DNA of 63,313 bases, counting the filler, from Octopus bimaculoides (taxonomy: Eukaryota): NCBI RefSeq assembly GCF_001194135.2. It is 4 parts of 4 records of this genome, joined end to end, with 100 filler letters (N's around TTAATTAATTAA, not from the genome) between each part and the next. Parts side by side here need not be neighbours in the genome. Positions count along the whole stretch, not along the records: positions 23,136 to 53,686 come from NC_068996.1; 3 more parts are not named here. One strand, given 5' to 3'. The translations under genes and the position numbers were made by a program. Positions 26,950 to 39,004 of the stretch are shown piece after piece (the first letter of the stretch is position 1; every line of letters starts with the position of its first letter). Below the pieces are notes generated by a model. That model worked only from the letters and a program-made list of their open reading frames with translations. It was not told the DNA's origin and did not search any database.

Positions 26950-27126
26950 TTTAAAAAAGACTTAGTCCACTCAACTGGGTGGTTGGTGTTAGGAAGGGTA
27001 TCCAACCATAAAAACCCTGCCAAAACAGATACAGGAGTCTGATGCAGGCTTCTGCCTGGCCAGCTTCTGTCAAACTGTCCAACCCATGCCAGCATGGAAG
27101 ATGGACATTAAATGATGATGATGATA
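26950..27126 (+). mobile_element. RTE-type 3' tail in sense orientation, ending in (GAT)n
   Basis: GGTTGGTGTTAGGAAGGGTATCCAACC...CCAACCCATGCCAGCATGGAAGATGGACATTAAATGATGATG is the reverse complement of the tails at 8345 and 34735. Confidence 0.75.
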
Positions 27127-28469
27127 TAAATGATTAATCTATATCTATTTAGTATGTAAAAAAGATTAGCTGGAGGATCATAAAGAATAGGATTATTCTT
27201 CTTGTCACCAATCCTTATTTGCTTCCAAGCAACAGTCCTGCTGTATGTATATAGGTCACATGGTTTTCTGTTACCTGTACATACTTTAGCTTTATTCAAT
27301 ATACCACATTTTAGTTCATAGGATATCTGTAGTTGCACCCTATGAACTGAAATACCTAGAGAATGACATTGAATTTTTTTTTCTGATTATTGGGAAGAGT
27401 AATATTTTACCTTAAAGTTACAAGCAGTTAAATCTGTATAAACTTTGTTAGAATTGTATGGTTTACTAAACATTTATAAACTTATCCTCAGCTAAGCTTC
27501 TCAGTTTAGGGAGCACATTGGGATTGGTGCAATTGCTAAAATTATTACTCTTACTTATAGATATAATTTAGCCATGTTAGAAGAAGCAATATTTTCAGCT
27601 AGCTTAGATACGTTGGAATAGAAAAGTTTGACAGTATTTTTATTAAAGATTATATAGTGTTTATGCTGAGGGAGAGTTATGCCTAAGTATATGAATATTT
27701 TTGAGGAAGGAGTAGTTAATCCCATATTGGGAAGACAATAATGCCAACAGATATGTTTTTGTAGATCTGTACTATTCCTAATTCTCATTGCAGGTGGTAT
27801 GTAGTAAATCTTTTCTGCAAACTTACATCATACCCTCATGGATGGTCATTAGTGGAAATATATGAAACATTCCAAACATAAGCCTTGTGTTTTTTGTTAA
27901 GGCATATTATCATTGTGTGCTGCTGCCCTTCTGTTGTTTATAATTTTCACTTGCATTACTATGTCATAAATCATTGATATAAACATTCTTATCTCTTTTC
28001 ATGTGATAACAAATTGAAATAGCCCATGTGTGCAGTAAGATCAATATTATGAATAAAAGAATATACATACTACAATGGGAATGTACTGTGTCCTTATTAC
28101 AGCATAGTCTGATATTTTGATTGGCTAGGCAGAGAAAGTGATATATGATTATGGTTGTGTAACACACAAGTACATGCATGCACACTATACACACACTCAC
28201 AAATACACACATGCACATATGCACCCTATATGTACACACACACACACATTTATACCATACATATATGATACTTATGAAAATTCTTGAATCAGATACCAAG
28301 AAGATAAGAAATCTAACGAGGAGACTCCTTTTTAGTTAAGTACTAGCAGAGGTACCCAGCATTGCCCGGTATAACTCTCAATGGAGTAGGTATTCAAATG
28401 AACTGAAAGACTTCTGTCAAATACGACTATAGAAATAACAATTTACAGATTTTTGCCCTAAAGAGGGCC

Positions 28470-28735
28470 TTTGAACACTCACTATGAAATATCTCAGCAG
28501 CAGTGCTGCCAGCAAAGATAAGTCCGATGGTAACAATTTAATCTTGTTGGCCCTGAAGAGAGCCTTGGATTGTTCACTCTTAAAAGTCTCAGTGGCGGTG
28601 CTGCCAGCAAAGATGAATCCGATGGTAACAATTTAAACTTGGTGGCCCTGAAGAGGGCCTTGGATCTTTCACTCTTGAAAGTCCCAGTGGCAGAGCTGTC
28701 AGCAAAGACAACTCTGATTAGAGGTGGTGGCCCTC
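28470..28735. repeat. 95-bp tandem repeat, ~2.7 copies, in the Helitron 3' region
   Basis: GTGCTGCCAGCAAAGA starts at 28503 and 28598, with a variant (GAGCTGTCAGCAAAGA) at 28693. Confidence 0.85.
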
Positions 28736-31700
28736 AAGAAGTCCTTCACACCACTTTGGTGTGTTGTATTTGCTTTGCTTGTTATTTGAGATTGTAACCT
28801 AGAAGAGCATGTAAGTCAGTAGCCTCAAAAACGGCCTTGGCAAGATCATGCTGGAATGTCAAAAATATGTGTAAATAAGATGTAGTGAAAAGTAGATTAA
28901 TTAACTTAAAACTATGGAACATCGATAGCAACATATAAATGCAGAAAACGGGGACATTGAACATTTATAATGTATAGCAACAGCAGCCTCAGAGGTGTAC
29001 GTAGTATTGTCAAAAGGACAAAAATAGCACACACACAGCAAATGTAAGCACTTATACAAACGACAGCGATTACTTGTTGGTGGATAGGCACCTACAAAAT
29101 TTCCTTATAGACTATATTTTGGGTTTTCTCGCGAGTTGCAAAAGCAAATAGGTTATGTCGGCTCCTCACTTGAGAGCAGCCAACATATAGTTGACCATAG
29201 GAAAGACATGGTTATTCTAAATTAAGCCCTACGACCATCAGCATCTGTTAATCGACATGGTGAAACTGAGTCAGAGAGGGAATTGCAACCTCCTGAATAT
29301 GAAAGGAATGTCTTTACCAGATGGAATGAGAGGTATCCTTGGTATGAAGATAATATCCCCCTTACCACATCCTGTAAGTATTGTTGCCTCAATAACATGA
29401 GGCATTGCCTTTTGGACAACCAGACGCATGCTGTTGCAAAGCCTGGCGGGGTTCCAAATTCCTGAGGAGCATGACAGAGGCACCTTTCTTAAGTTGCAAT
29501 AAGTGTGGTGGCAATCCAGGAGGGTCTAGGGAGTTAAGAAATTCTGTGGGGTAATTAACAACTTTGTCCGGATGAGCCATAAAGTCAAGGGACTTTTAAA
29601 CATGTAGGTTTCCAAGCAAACACAGCATGAGCTGTTCACCAATTTTACGTGTTCACACAAAACCACTCTTAATTTGTGTAGTTCTCCTCAAGATTAGGAA
29701 AAACAGATGTCTGTAACTCAGCAATTAACTGCAAATCCTTGTGAAGTCCGCTGCACCGTCTCCATTGAGTGGGACTTTTCCATCTCCCAACAATAAAATG
29801 GCAGCAGCAAAACCTGCTGATGTCTCATCACCTTGCATTTGTGCTCTCATGTTTGTTGCAAGCATCAGCTTTCTTACATAACACCAAAGTGGAGAGGTCT
29901 TAAGGCATGCACCAACCTCGTCAGCCCGCATACCTTTTGGGATTACAGGTCTGTCAGAAGTCCCCAAATAACAGGCAAGTGACACCTCCCTTTGGTTTTT
30001 GACAGTCCCTGATGTCTCTGAGTGACCAGTCTAATGACTCAAAAGCCGCCTTGTGGGCCATTGTGCATTTTTCCTAAACAATTAGTAGGCAGTGCTTTAA
30101 TACCAGTGCTTTTCCAGAAGACTTGCTGATGTTGCACATGGGTGTCTCAGATGATGTCACGTTGAGAGGAAGACTGAAGGCAGAATGGGCCAATGCCATG
30201 TTTCCGTGTTGCCTCACTGCAGTGAGTCTGTGAATGTGATTACAAATATTTTGCCTGTATGTCCAGGAAAATTATACCCCTTCCTGATTACTGATTGAAT
30301 CAATGACAATGCTGCAATTTTGTTTTTGATCCATTAGAAGTTTTGGTTCATTTTCTTCAACATAACTTTTGAGTTTGTTGACATCATATGATGTTTCATG
30401 CATAATGTCATTGGTAATATCAGATGGCACATCTTGAAGCATTTGCAGAAGCCTATATTTCTCTAAGACATCTCTGCCCATTGAAGCCACTCTGTCTTCA
30501 ATATTGATCAGAGCTCTGTTATATATAGCATCTGAAAAGCTAACATCTAATTTTGGAGATTGCAATTGAGCTAGATGCCTATATTTGTCTGCAAAATCAT
30601 CTTTAAACTTTTGCCATATAGAGTAAGGATCGCTCAATTCACAGACATGCAAGAGGATAGCAAAAAGTGCCCTTAGACTATGGGATGATTGTAAGATGGC
30701 AGCTTCCGTCAAGGTTGCATCCCATTGTGCACCTTCTTCTAAAAGTCCATGCCTCAAGCAGGCTTCCCTCTACATTCTACAGGTGTATCCATCAATGGTT
30801 CTTGGATTAATGAAGCTGGTCAGCCCTCTTACCTCAGAAGTCGCAGGCAGAAGCATTTGTGTTGGGTAGGGTGGACAGTATGAACTCGCCCAAGGCAATT
30901 GTCTAATTTGATGCCTGGATGTCCAACCACCTCTTGCCCTATCTTCCTTCATAGCCATTTTGTCCGGTTCCATAAATAGTAAGATGGTATTTCAGAATAC
31001 AGCAGAGTTCGAGCGAAGTCGTTGTGTTGACAAAGTTTGAAAAAGTGGTGATTGTAGTTTCCTTTGGTGAGATGGCTAGCTGAGCAGCTGTTGCATTGTT
31101 GAAATACACCCATTGACTGTTTTCGAGGTGAACGGCAAGTTGTTCAATGATGGGGTGCTGTTGGTGCAGTGTGAAGCAAACAATGCGCTAAAGGCTTCAT
31201 TGCTGTTAATGTATCAGCTTGCTTGGTAATCAGATACCTCGTCTCTACTGTTTTCACAATGGCAGCATCCGATCCCTTGTTTACTTATTTACAAACATAT
31301 TTAATTGATTCTACTGAGTTGCAAAATTCAACGTTTATATGGCCGTTGAATACTTTCAAGAGGAAGGGGCAATATGGTACTATCCAGCTGTTGTCGATTT
31401 CTCATTCACCAACTTTTGCTGTGAACCTGCCATCTTCAGGTCTCCTTTGCCTATACAAAGGATATCCGTCACCACCTGTCTGTATTTCCTGTAAAAACGT
31501 CCTAGGGTATTGTTTCGCACACTTTCTGTCGTGTATTCACGGGGACTTCATATTGAATCCATGTTAGCAAGGACCATGGACCATGTTTGACATAACTATA
31601 GAGATGAGGTCCTTGTCAATTGACAGATCAGGTAGTTTGGCAGAAATGAATTTGTTGATGTCATTTGAACTGATTTTTGTAACCAAACAAAACAAGATCT

Positions 31701-32014
31701 GGGTATGCGGCAGCCCTCATTTCTGCCATTCAACCGTGTACATGTCACACCTGACAGGCTCAAAAGCCTGTCCTTTCTTTAATAAATCCATTAATTTGGA
31801 TAAATTGAGGTGAACACTCTTGCTATGAGATTGTGCCTGTGTCTTGGCACTTGACCATGGAACAGTTCATTTGTAATTTCTTTCCACTTGGGATTGCATG
31901 TAAACGTTATGAAAAGGTCGGAGTTCCCATTATGCTATACGTAAGTCATGGCATCCTGAGTCCTCTCGTGCATATATCGGGGTTACCCTGTGAATGTTGA
32001 AGGCAAAATACACA

Positions 32015-32850
32015 TTTGTGTCTTGCAAACAACTTGCACATGCAAGTGCTACCAGTCGAGAACTCCGCATACCGGAAGCCAGCAAGTGCATGGGGTCATC
32101 AGGAGAGAATGCGCTCCGTTTCGGAGCCTACCTCTCGATGGCATCAATGTGCACCGCCCCCCCCTCACTGATATGAGGCCCCACTTACTAGATCAACTGG
32201 TTATTAAAAACAAAGCTCAATATTTCTCTAGCCATCGCTCATCGTCTCTTTTTAACCAAATCCAGTGGCTAGCCTTCTCCACTGTAGTTTGGATATCACT
32301 CATGGTGGTATTTACCTTACGATGAGTTAGGTTTAACGATAACAACAGTCATCTCACACTGTGTCCTACAAACCCTCTACATCCAACTTTGATTGGAAAA
32401 TGCTCCGCTTTCCAGCCTGCGTCTTCCCATTTCTTGAGGAGGTTTACATAACGGTCAATCTTTAGAGCCCATGCGGCGTCCATATTAACTTCATGAGGAA
32501 CCGTTAACTCGACTAGATTTACAACTTTCCTTCTTTCACACTACATTAAAATGTCAGGTTTTTCCATAACTGGGATGGGAAAGAATGCCTGGCACCCAGG
32601 CAAATCTGCAGTTACTTCCCAATAGTCGTTCCACTTTTCATTTCTCACAGGAAGTTTCTTGTTCTTTTTCTTGAAACGGATCCGCTGGCCTGAGCGCACG
32701 AAGGTAATAAAATCTCTAGATGGTTCTTTCAACGGTTTTTTTCTCAGTGTTGTTGAGATGAATTTGGTTCTTCATAGCATTGAAGATAACCTGCAGGACC
32801 AGGTTGTGTCTCCCTGTATACCGATTCAATGCTAAACTGTCTTGGGAGGC
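32015..32850 (-). mobile_element. Hero-like RLE-type LINE, 5'-truncated, nested in the Helitron Rep region
   Basis: ALNRYTGRHNLVL; WEVTADL; KPDILM*CERRKVVNLVELTVPHE...KIDRY...AGWKAEHFPIKVGCRGFVG. The Helitron peptide stops at ...LRDGINN and resumes at ...ILPSTFTG*PRYMHERTQDAMTYV. Confidence 0.75.
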
Positions 32851-33978
32851 GTTGTTAATTCCATCACGTAGATGAGTGTAGCATTCAGGTCGAAGTTTCT
32901 TTTGATTTAATTTAATGAACCATAATCTCTCGGATTCCATTTTAATGGCTGTGTCAACAGCAAATTGTTGGGAAAGGTCCTGAGAACAGTGTAGATGGTT
33001 GAATGAATTGTCTCTTACCATAAATCTGAAAGCATAGAAATCCATGCAAGTGACAGTTTTACTAAGATGTGCCTCACCATTGCCTGCTGAATGCCAAAAT
33101 GGTATCTGTCCTCGCTGTTGACAAATAGCAAAAGATACTGGAGTGCATCATAGGAACTGTGTGTCTCATTGATACGCTGTAATGTGCTGTCTTGGTACTT
33201 TAGAATGATATCTTTCTTGTTGTGCTGTTCACCACAAATAACCGCTGCAATATCATTACACGTTAGTGCGTTGAACCGACCAGCATATTCTCCAGGTTAG
33301 CATGTATGACCACACTAAAGTTTGGGTTGGTGGCTGTTTGCAAAGCGTACTTGGAGCTGCTAGCATGGCTGTTTTTGTCATGAAGCATTTCTTGAAGTTT
33401 TATTATGGCTTCAATGTTAGTTTCAGACGAAATATTTTCGCCTCTCTGCCTGCTCCTGATAGTTTCCAACAAAGTATAACTGAAGAAATTGAGGATCCTT
33501 TTCTGCCAGAGGCTGAATAGACCCAGTCAAGTGGTAGATCTGTTCCTGGACCTTGAAAGTTGGTATGTTCCAATGCAAGCTTTGCTCCAAAGGATGTCAT
33601 CTGAAAAGCGAAATTGTAGCGGTAGACATTAAACAGAAACTTCGATGGTTCCTCCATCGTGTCTGTCAAAAGGAGTTGCAATGTCTCTGGATGGTCATGA
33701 ATAGGAGATAATCTAACTTTACCATTTGAGCAGCACATTCCATCTCTCTCACCTGGCCACTTTTTCGCATGACATAACTGGCAAATAGAAGTCATTACCC
33801 CAATTTGAATATCTGCATGGACAGTATAGTCGTAGTTAAAGGCCTTCAACAACCATAGTGAATTGCAAGTCCTAGAAATGCCATGTAACAATGATCGCCA
33901 CTGTTCACTTTGCAGTTGTCAGCCACATCGTTGTTTTATGGTTTCAGTATTTCGTGCAGCAGCAGTGACAGCGGTGTC

Positions 33979-34323
33979 CCTGCTTTGTCGAACGGCACGT
34001 TGTCCTTCATCCTCTCGAGTGTGAATAGCAGCTCTTGCAGTGGCGTCCCTGCTTCATCGAATGGCATATTGTCCTTCATCCTCTCAAGCGAAAGCAGCGG
34101 ATGGTGCAGTGGCATCCCTACTTCATCGAATGGCACATCGTCCTTCATCCTCTTGAGTGTGAGCAGCGGCTATTGCAGTGGTATCCCTGCTTTGTTGAAC
34201 GGCGCATTGTTCTTCATTCTCTCGAGCATGAGCATTGGATGTTGCAGCAGCGTCTCTGCTTCGTCGAATGGTACATCGTCCTTCATCCTCTCAAGCGCAA
34301 GCAACAGCAGTCATTGCAGCATC
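33979..34323 (-). repeat. Five 69-bp (23-codon) tandem repeats in the RepHel N-terminus
   Basis: Units begin at 33979, 34048 and so on. One minus frame reads EDEGQRAVRQSRDT-like charged repeats. Confidence 0.9.
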
Positions 34324-34732
34324 TTTGTTCTGCCAAAGTTCATGCCGACTGTCACCTTCCTCCGCTCTTGCAGCTGCTGTCTGCACAGCATTCTGTGAGA
34401 GCCTGATCGCAGTTGCATTTACATCTTCAGTGAGACGCTTTCGCTTAGACCTACTGGCATCATTAGATAATTGACCAATGAAAGTTCTTTTCTTGTGAGG
34501 TATTGTTTTTGGAGAATTAACCAGAGAGAACGAGAAAAAGTGGACAAATAATGTTTAAGTAAGCAAATCTAAACACGGATATAAATTGTGAGAAAATGTA
34601 ATAAATCTATGTGGTCTGAGAAAGTGAGTATGTTTTGCAAGATTTTGTGTACCAGTCAAATCTCAGGTTTTAAGTTAGTGGCAACGCAGCATATGGACTA
34701 CTTGTGATAAAGTAAATTAAATAGTGTGGCTA

Positions 34733-36276
34733 CATCATCATCATCATCATCATCGTTTAACGTCCGCTTTCCATGCTAGCATGGGTTGGACGATTTGACT
34801 GAGGACTGGTGAAACCGGATGGCAACACCAGGCTCCAGTCTGATTTGGCAGAGTTTCTACAGCTGGATGCCCTTCCTAACGCCAACCACTCAGAGAGTGT
34901 AGTGGGTGCTTTTACGTGTCACCCGCACGAAAACGGCCACGCTCGAAATGGTGTCTTTTATGTGCNNNNNNNNNNNNNNNNNNNNNNNNNNNNNNNNNNN
35001 NNNNNNNNNNNNNNNNNNNNNNNNNNNNNNNNNNNNNNNNNNNNNNNNNNNNNNNNNNNNNNNNNNNNNNNNNNNNNNNNNNNNNNNNNNNNNNNNNNNN
35101 NNNNNNNNNNNNNNNNNNNNNNNNNNNNNNNNNNNNNNNNNNNNNNNNNNNNNNNNNNNNNNNNNNNNNNNNNNNNNNNNNNNNNNNNNNNNNNNNNNNN
35201 NNNNNNNNNNNNNNNNNNNNNNNNNNNNNNNNNNNNNNNNNNNNNNNNNNNNNNNNNNNNNNNNNNNNNNNNNNNNNNNNNNNNNNNNNNNNNNNNNNNN
35301 NNNNNNNNNNNNNNNNNNNNNNNNNNNNNNNNNNNNNNNNNNNNNNNNNNNNNNNNNNNNNNNNNNNNNNNNNNNNNNNNNNNNNNNNNNNNNNNNNNNN
35401 NNNNNNNNNNNNNNNNNNNNNNNNNNNNNNNNNNNNNNNNNNNNNNNNNNNNNNNNNNNNNNNNNNNNNNNNNNNNNNNNNNNNNNNNNNNNNNNNNNNN
35501 NNNNNNNNNNNNNNNNNNNNNNNNNNNNNNNNNNNNNNNNNNNNNNNNNNNNNNNNNNNNNNNNNNNNNNNNNNNNNNNNNNNNNNNNNNNNNNNNNNNN
35601 NNNNNNNNNNNNNNNNNNNNNNNNNNNNNNNNNNNNNNNNNNNNNNNNNNNNNNNNNNNNNNNNNNNNNNNNNNNNNNNNNNNNNNNNNNNNNNNNNNNN
35701 NNNNNNNNNNNNNNNNNNNNNNNNNNNNNNNNNNNNNNNNNNNNNNNNNNNNNNNNNNNNNNNNNNNNNNNNNNNNNNNNNNNNNNNNNNNNNNNNNNNN
35801 NNNNNNNNNNNNNNNNNNNNNNNNNNNNNNNNNNNNNNNNNNNNNNNNNNNNNNNNNNNNNNNNNNNNNNNNNNNNNNNNNNNNNNNNNNNNNNNNNNNN
35901 NNNNNNNNNNNNNAACTAACTTGCTAGTTAACCTGCCTTTGATGTTGCTGCACCTCTTATGTGTCCATAGCTTGCACCGGGTACATCTTATAGAGTTACT
36001 ACCTACTCCTTTTCTACATACTGAGCAGGGCCATCTACCTGAAGGGGTTTGTGTTTTATCTACCTTCCTACTTATTAGGATTTTGGTTTTAGCTAGGTTG
36101 ACTCTAAGGCCCTTCAATTCTAGACCTTGCTTCCACACCTGAAACTTCTCCTCTAGTTCTGATAGTGACTCCGCAATTAGGGCAAGGTCATCAGCATAGA
36201 GGAGCTCCCAGGGGCAACCTGTCTTGAACTCCTCTGTGATTGCCTGGAGGACTCCTCTGTGATTGCCTGGAGGACT
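34733..36276 (-). mobile_element. Young 5'-truncated RTE-clade LINE nested in the Helitron, with a gap inside
   Basis: LQAITEEFKTGCPWELLYADDLALIAESL followed by the Cys-rich finger. The 3' ~230 bp appear identical to 8345-8580. A 23-bp tandem duplication sits at the truncation point (36228-36276). Confidence 0.9.
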
Positions 36277-37829
36277 TGATATACCTACAGTGGTAGGTAT
36301 ATAAGTGTCAGTATGTTTGTTCAGTTTGAACATAATGTTACATACCACACAAATGCACGGCCTTCCGTGATACCACCATGGGTTTTAGCACGAAACAGCC
36401 TGCCGTGCATGAGTAGAAACATGCTCAGCAAGTCAATTACCACCACAGAAATGGAAAAAGCAGTATTGAGAAGCCAGAAAAGCCGTCGACAATAAATCCA
36501 AACTGTTGTGTCTTGTCAAAGTCAATTTTCTCGATAAATTCACAACATGAATGTCTCCACAATGCAACTACCGACTCACAGTCTTTTGTTGATCTCAATA
36601 TGCAACAGAACACGACTACACAATACCTACACAACGACTGTTCTTCAACTGACCTTTTTTGTCTACTCAGCAATTGAACTTTTTGTCTACTTGACAACTG
36701 AACTCTTTTCCTGTCTTCCTGCCAGCTCACCATTTCCTTTTGACTGATGAACCTACACCTACTCAACAATCACCCCAACCCCACAGTGATGCAACACCAC
36801 TCTGCAACACCGTTCTTTTTCTTGTCCACTCAACAACCAGCCTCTGTCTTTCCTACCAACCTAACTCCATGGCCATCCTTTTTGTCCTTTTCATCTACTG
36901 TCTGCTCTCTCTTTTTAAAGGCTTTTTTCTCTTTCTCCATCTGTCAGTACGGACTGGTCGATTTTTCTTTTTCTTTCTTTTAAAAGGGACTTCGTTTTTT
37001 TTCTTTTTCCTTTCCTTTTTTCTTTTAAAAGACCGCGAGCGCATTCGTAACAATAACAATAAATAAATACTGACTATTGAAAGGATAGAGGCAAAAATGT
37101 CTGGAAAATCACAGCATGATGAATTGGAACCTTATGACCATAAGCACATTAAATAAATCTCATTTAAGGTGGCAAATTTTGAAGAAGCATACATTTCAGA
37201 AACATGGGGTAGCTATGAGAGTACGCAAGTAAAAAAAAACTATCACCTGTCAAAAGCCAAAAATGAAGTGTGATCCTAGGTCAGACTTAACCAATATAAA
37301 TAGGAGTTGTCTGATTGGTTAGATAATACAAGAAAGTGTGATGAAATCGGCCAAACACATCTCACTGATGTGTGGTTGGCCAGAGGCATCATTTCGCATT
37401 TAATTGAGATGCAATTAAACGGCGGAGAAAACTGGGTGCAAAAACTAGTCAATCATTCGCACAGTTTAGGCATGATTGTGAAATAGCACAATCCACATAC
37501 AGTAGGCGTTAAAATTTACACCTGGGTTAAATTGTACTTTCTTTGTTAGGAGTGTGAAATGACGCCAAAGTTCGAGGAAAAAAATATTTAATTCACCATT
37601 CCACACTTAATTGTGGTGCATTTACACTGGGCAGACAACCAGGGGCGAAATTAAATTCAATCATCCCAAAGTTAACTAAGCAAAGCAAAATTTAGTCAGG
37701 GGGATTTTAAAATTTGTTCCTCCACTTGTAGGACATGAGTAACTGATGCATCAACTTTCGTTAAAATTGACTGTTATTTCTAGAAGTTAAAATGCTTTGC
37801 TGTGACCATGATATGTACTTTAAAAGTGG

Positions 37830-38700
37830 TCCAAAGGGGCTCCCTAGGAGGTTCCCTTGCAAAATGTGCGGTACTTTATATTACAGTAGGCAATAACCAT
37901 AATAAACTCCCGAGGTTCTGATACTGTTTTATTGTGGAAGTTTGAACTTTTATGGGTTAATGATTTAGGCTCATTGTCCCTGAGGGGTCCTCTTACTGAA
38001 GTGGAAATAAATGTGCCTCACTGTATCTTCATCTGTAGTAAATGAATAACAACTGAGTCGAAATTCATTTTATGGGACTACCAATTATCGAAGTAATGAC
38101 CCTTTGCTGCATTACAATAGCCAAATTGAAGAAATCACTCGCTCGGGGCTTATGACCCCTGTGGGTCCCCCTGCTTGTTCTGGGTATAGACAATGTCCTC
38201 AACTTCATCTTTCGGCAATGGGTAACCAATGTGTCTCATAAAGTTAAAATCGAACATAAACTTCAAAAGTTATCAGGTACTAATACAGTGTTAATGTGAA
38301 CTTCAATAGATAAGTTGAAAGGGCTTACTCCCACCCCCAGGGGTCCCCTTGATTAGTTCAAGTAAAAGTTCATGTGTTCACCTTCCTCTGTGCACCATTG
38401 GTAATCAATACTTCTCATTTCGTGAAAGCCAAACGCCAACTCAAGCAGTTATGACGTTTTGTTGCATTGATGATATCAACTTCAACAGTCATCAAAATCG
38501 GTTTACTGTTCCCCAAGGGGGTCCCTACCTGAATTTCTGTGCAAGTGCATGCCTGCAACTTTATTTGTAGGCCATAAGCAAACAAAAGATTAATTTTAGT
38601 GAAAATGGGAAGCAAACTGCAGGAATTGTAGGGCCTTTATGCAGTAGTACTGCTGACTCCAAGAGAGAGGCTTAAGGGGGTTTCTGCCCCTGGGGCGCCA
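37830..38700. repeat. Highly diverged 178-bp periodic array marked by CCCC-N-GGGGTCCC motifs
   Basis: GGGTCC ends at 37990, 38168, 38346 and 38524, an exact 178-bp spacing. Weaker variants lie near 37855 and 38698. Confidence 0.65.
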
Positions 38701-39004
38701 CACAATTGATGTACAGAAAAATAAAATAGCCTACAACGCGTAATAGGACTTCTGAAACCTATGTATGAAATTTGGTGCAAATTGGTTGTAAAATGTAGAA
38801 ATGCATGCAGTTACACAAACAGACAGACATCTTCTGTATTATATAGTTGACTGTAGAGCAAATAGTTGGATTTTACATATTTAATGTTTTGGCAAGAGGC
38901 TCCTCTGTCATGAAATCATATCTCCTTTGAAATAAAATATTTTGTATTTAGTATGAGCAGAGTTTCTTTGCTAAAGCATTAAATCTTTAAATAAAAGTGT
39001 ATAT

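Larger units (their letters stand above)
29090..34400 (-). pseudogene. Helitron RepHel (HUH Rep plus PIF1-family SF1 helicase) pseudogene with many stops and frameshifts
   Basis: CQLCHAKKWPGERDGMCCSNGKV; QQFAVDTAIKMESERL; LFITFTCNPKWKEI; RHGLLE...WDATLTEAA; YPTEFLNSLDPPGLPPHLLQLKKGASVMLLRNL; FIPRIPLIPS...FRRLQFP; SYGQLYVGCS. Confidence 0.92.
28343..38850 (-). mobile_element. Helitron (rolling-circle transposon), ~10.5 kb including nested insertions
   Basis: The 3' end on minus is CCGGGCAATGCTGGG (hairpin)-TACCTCTG-CTAG|T at 28343. Rep and PIF1-helicase fragments lie inside. The putative 5' TC terminus near 38850 (ACAGACAGACA...TATTATATAGTTGA on plus) is less certain. Confidence 0.75.

Noticed and set aside
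28570-28797. 75-aa ORF over the 95-bp repeat
   Set aside because: The repeat period is not a multiple of three, so units shift frame, which is inconsistent with coding constraint.
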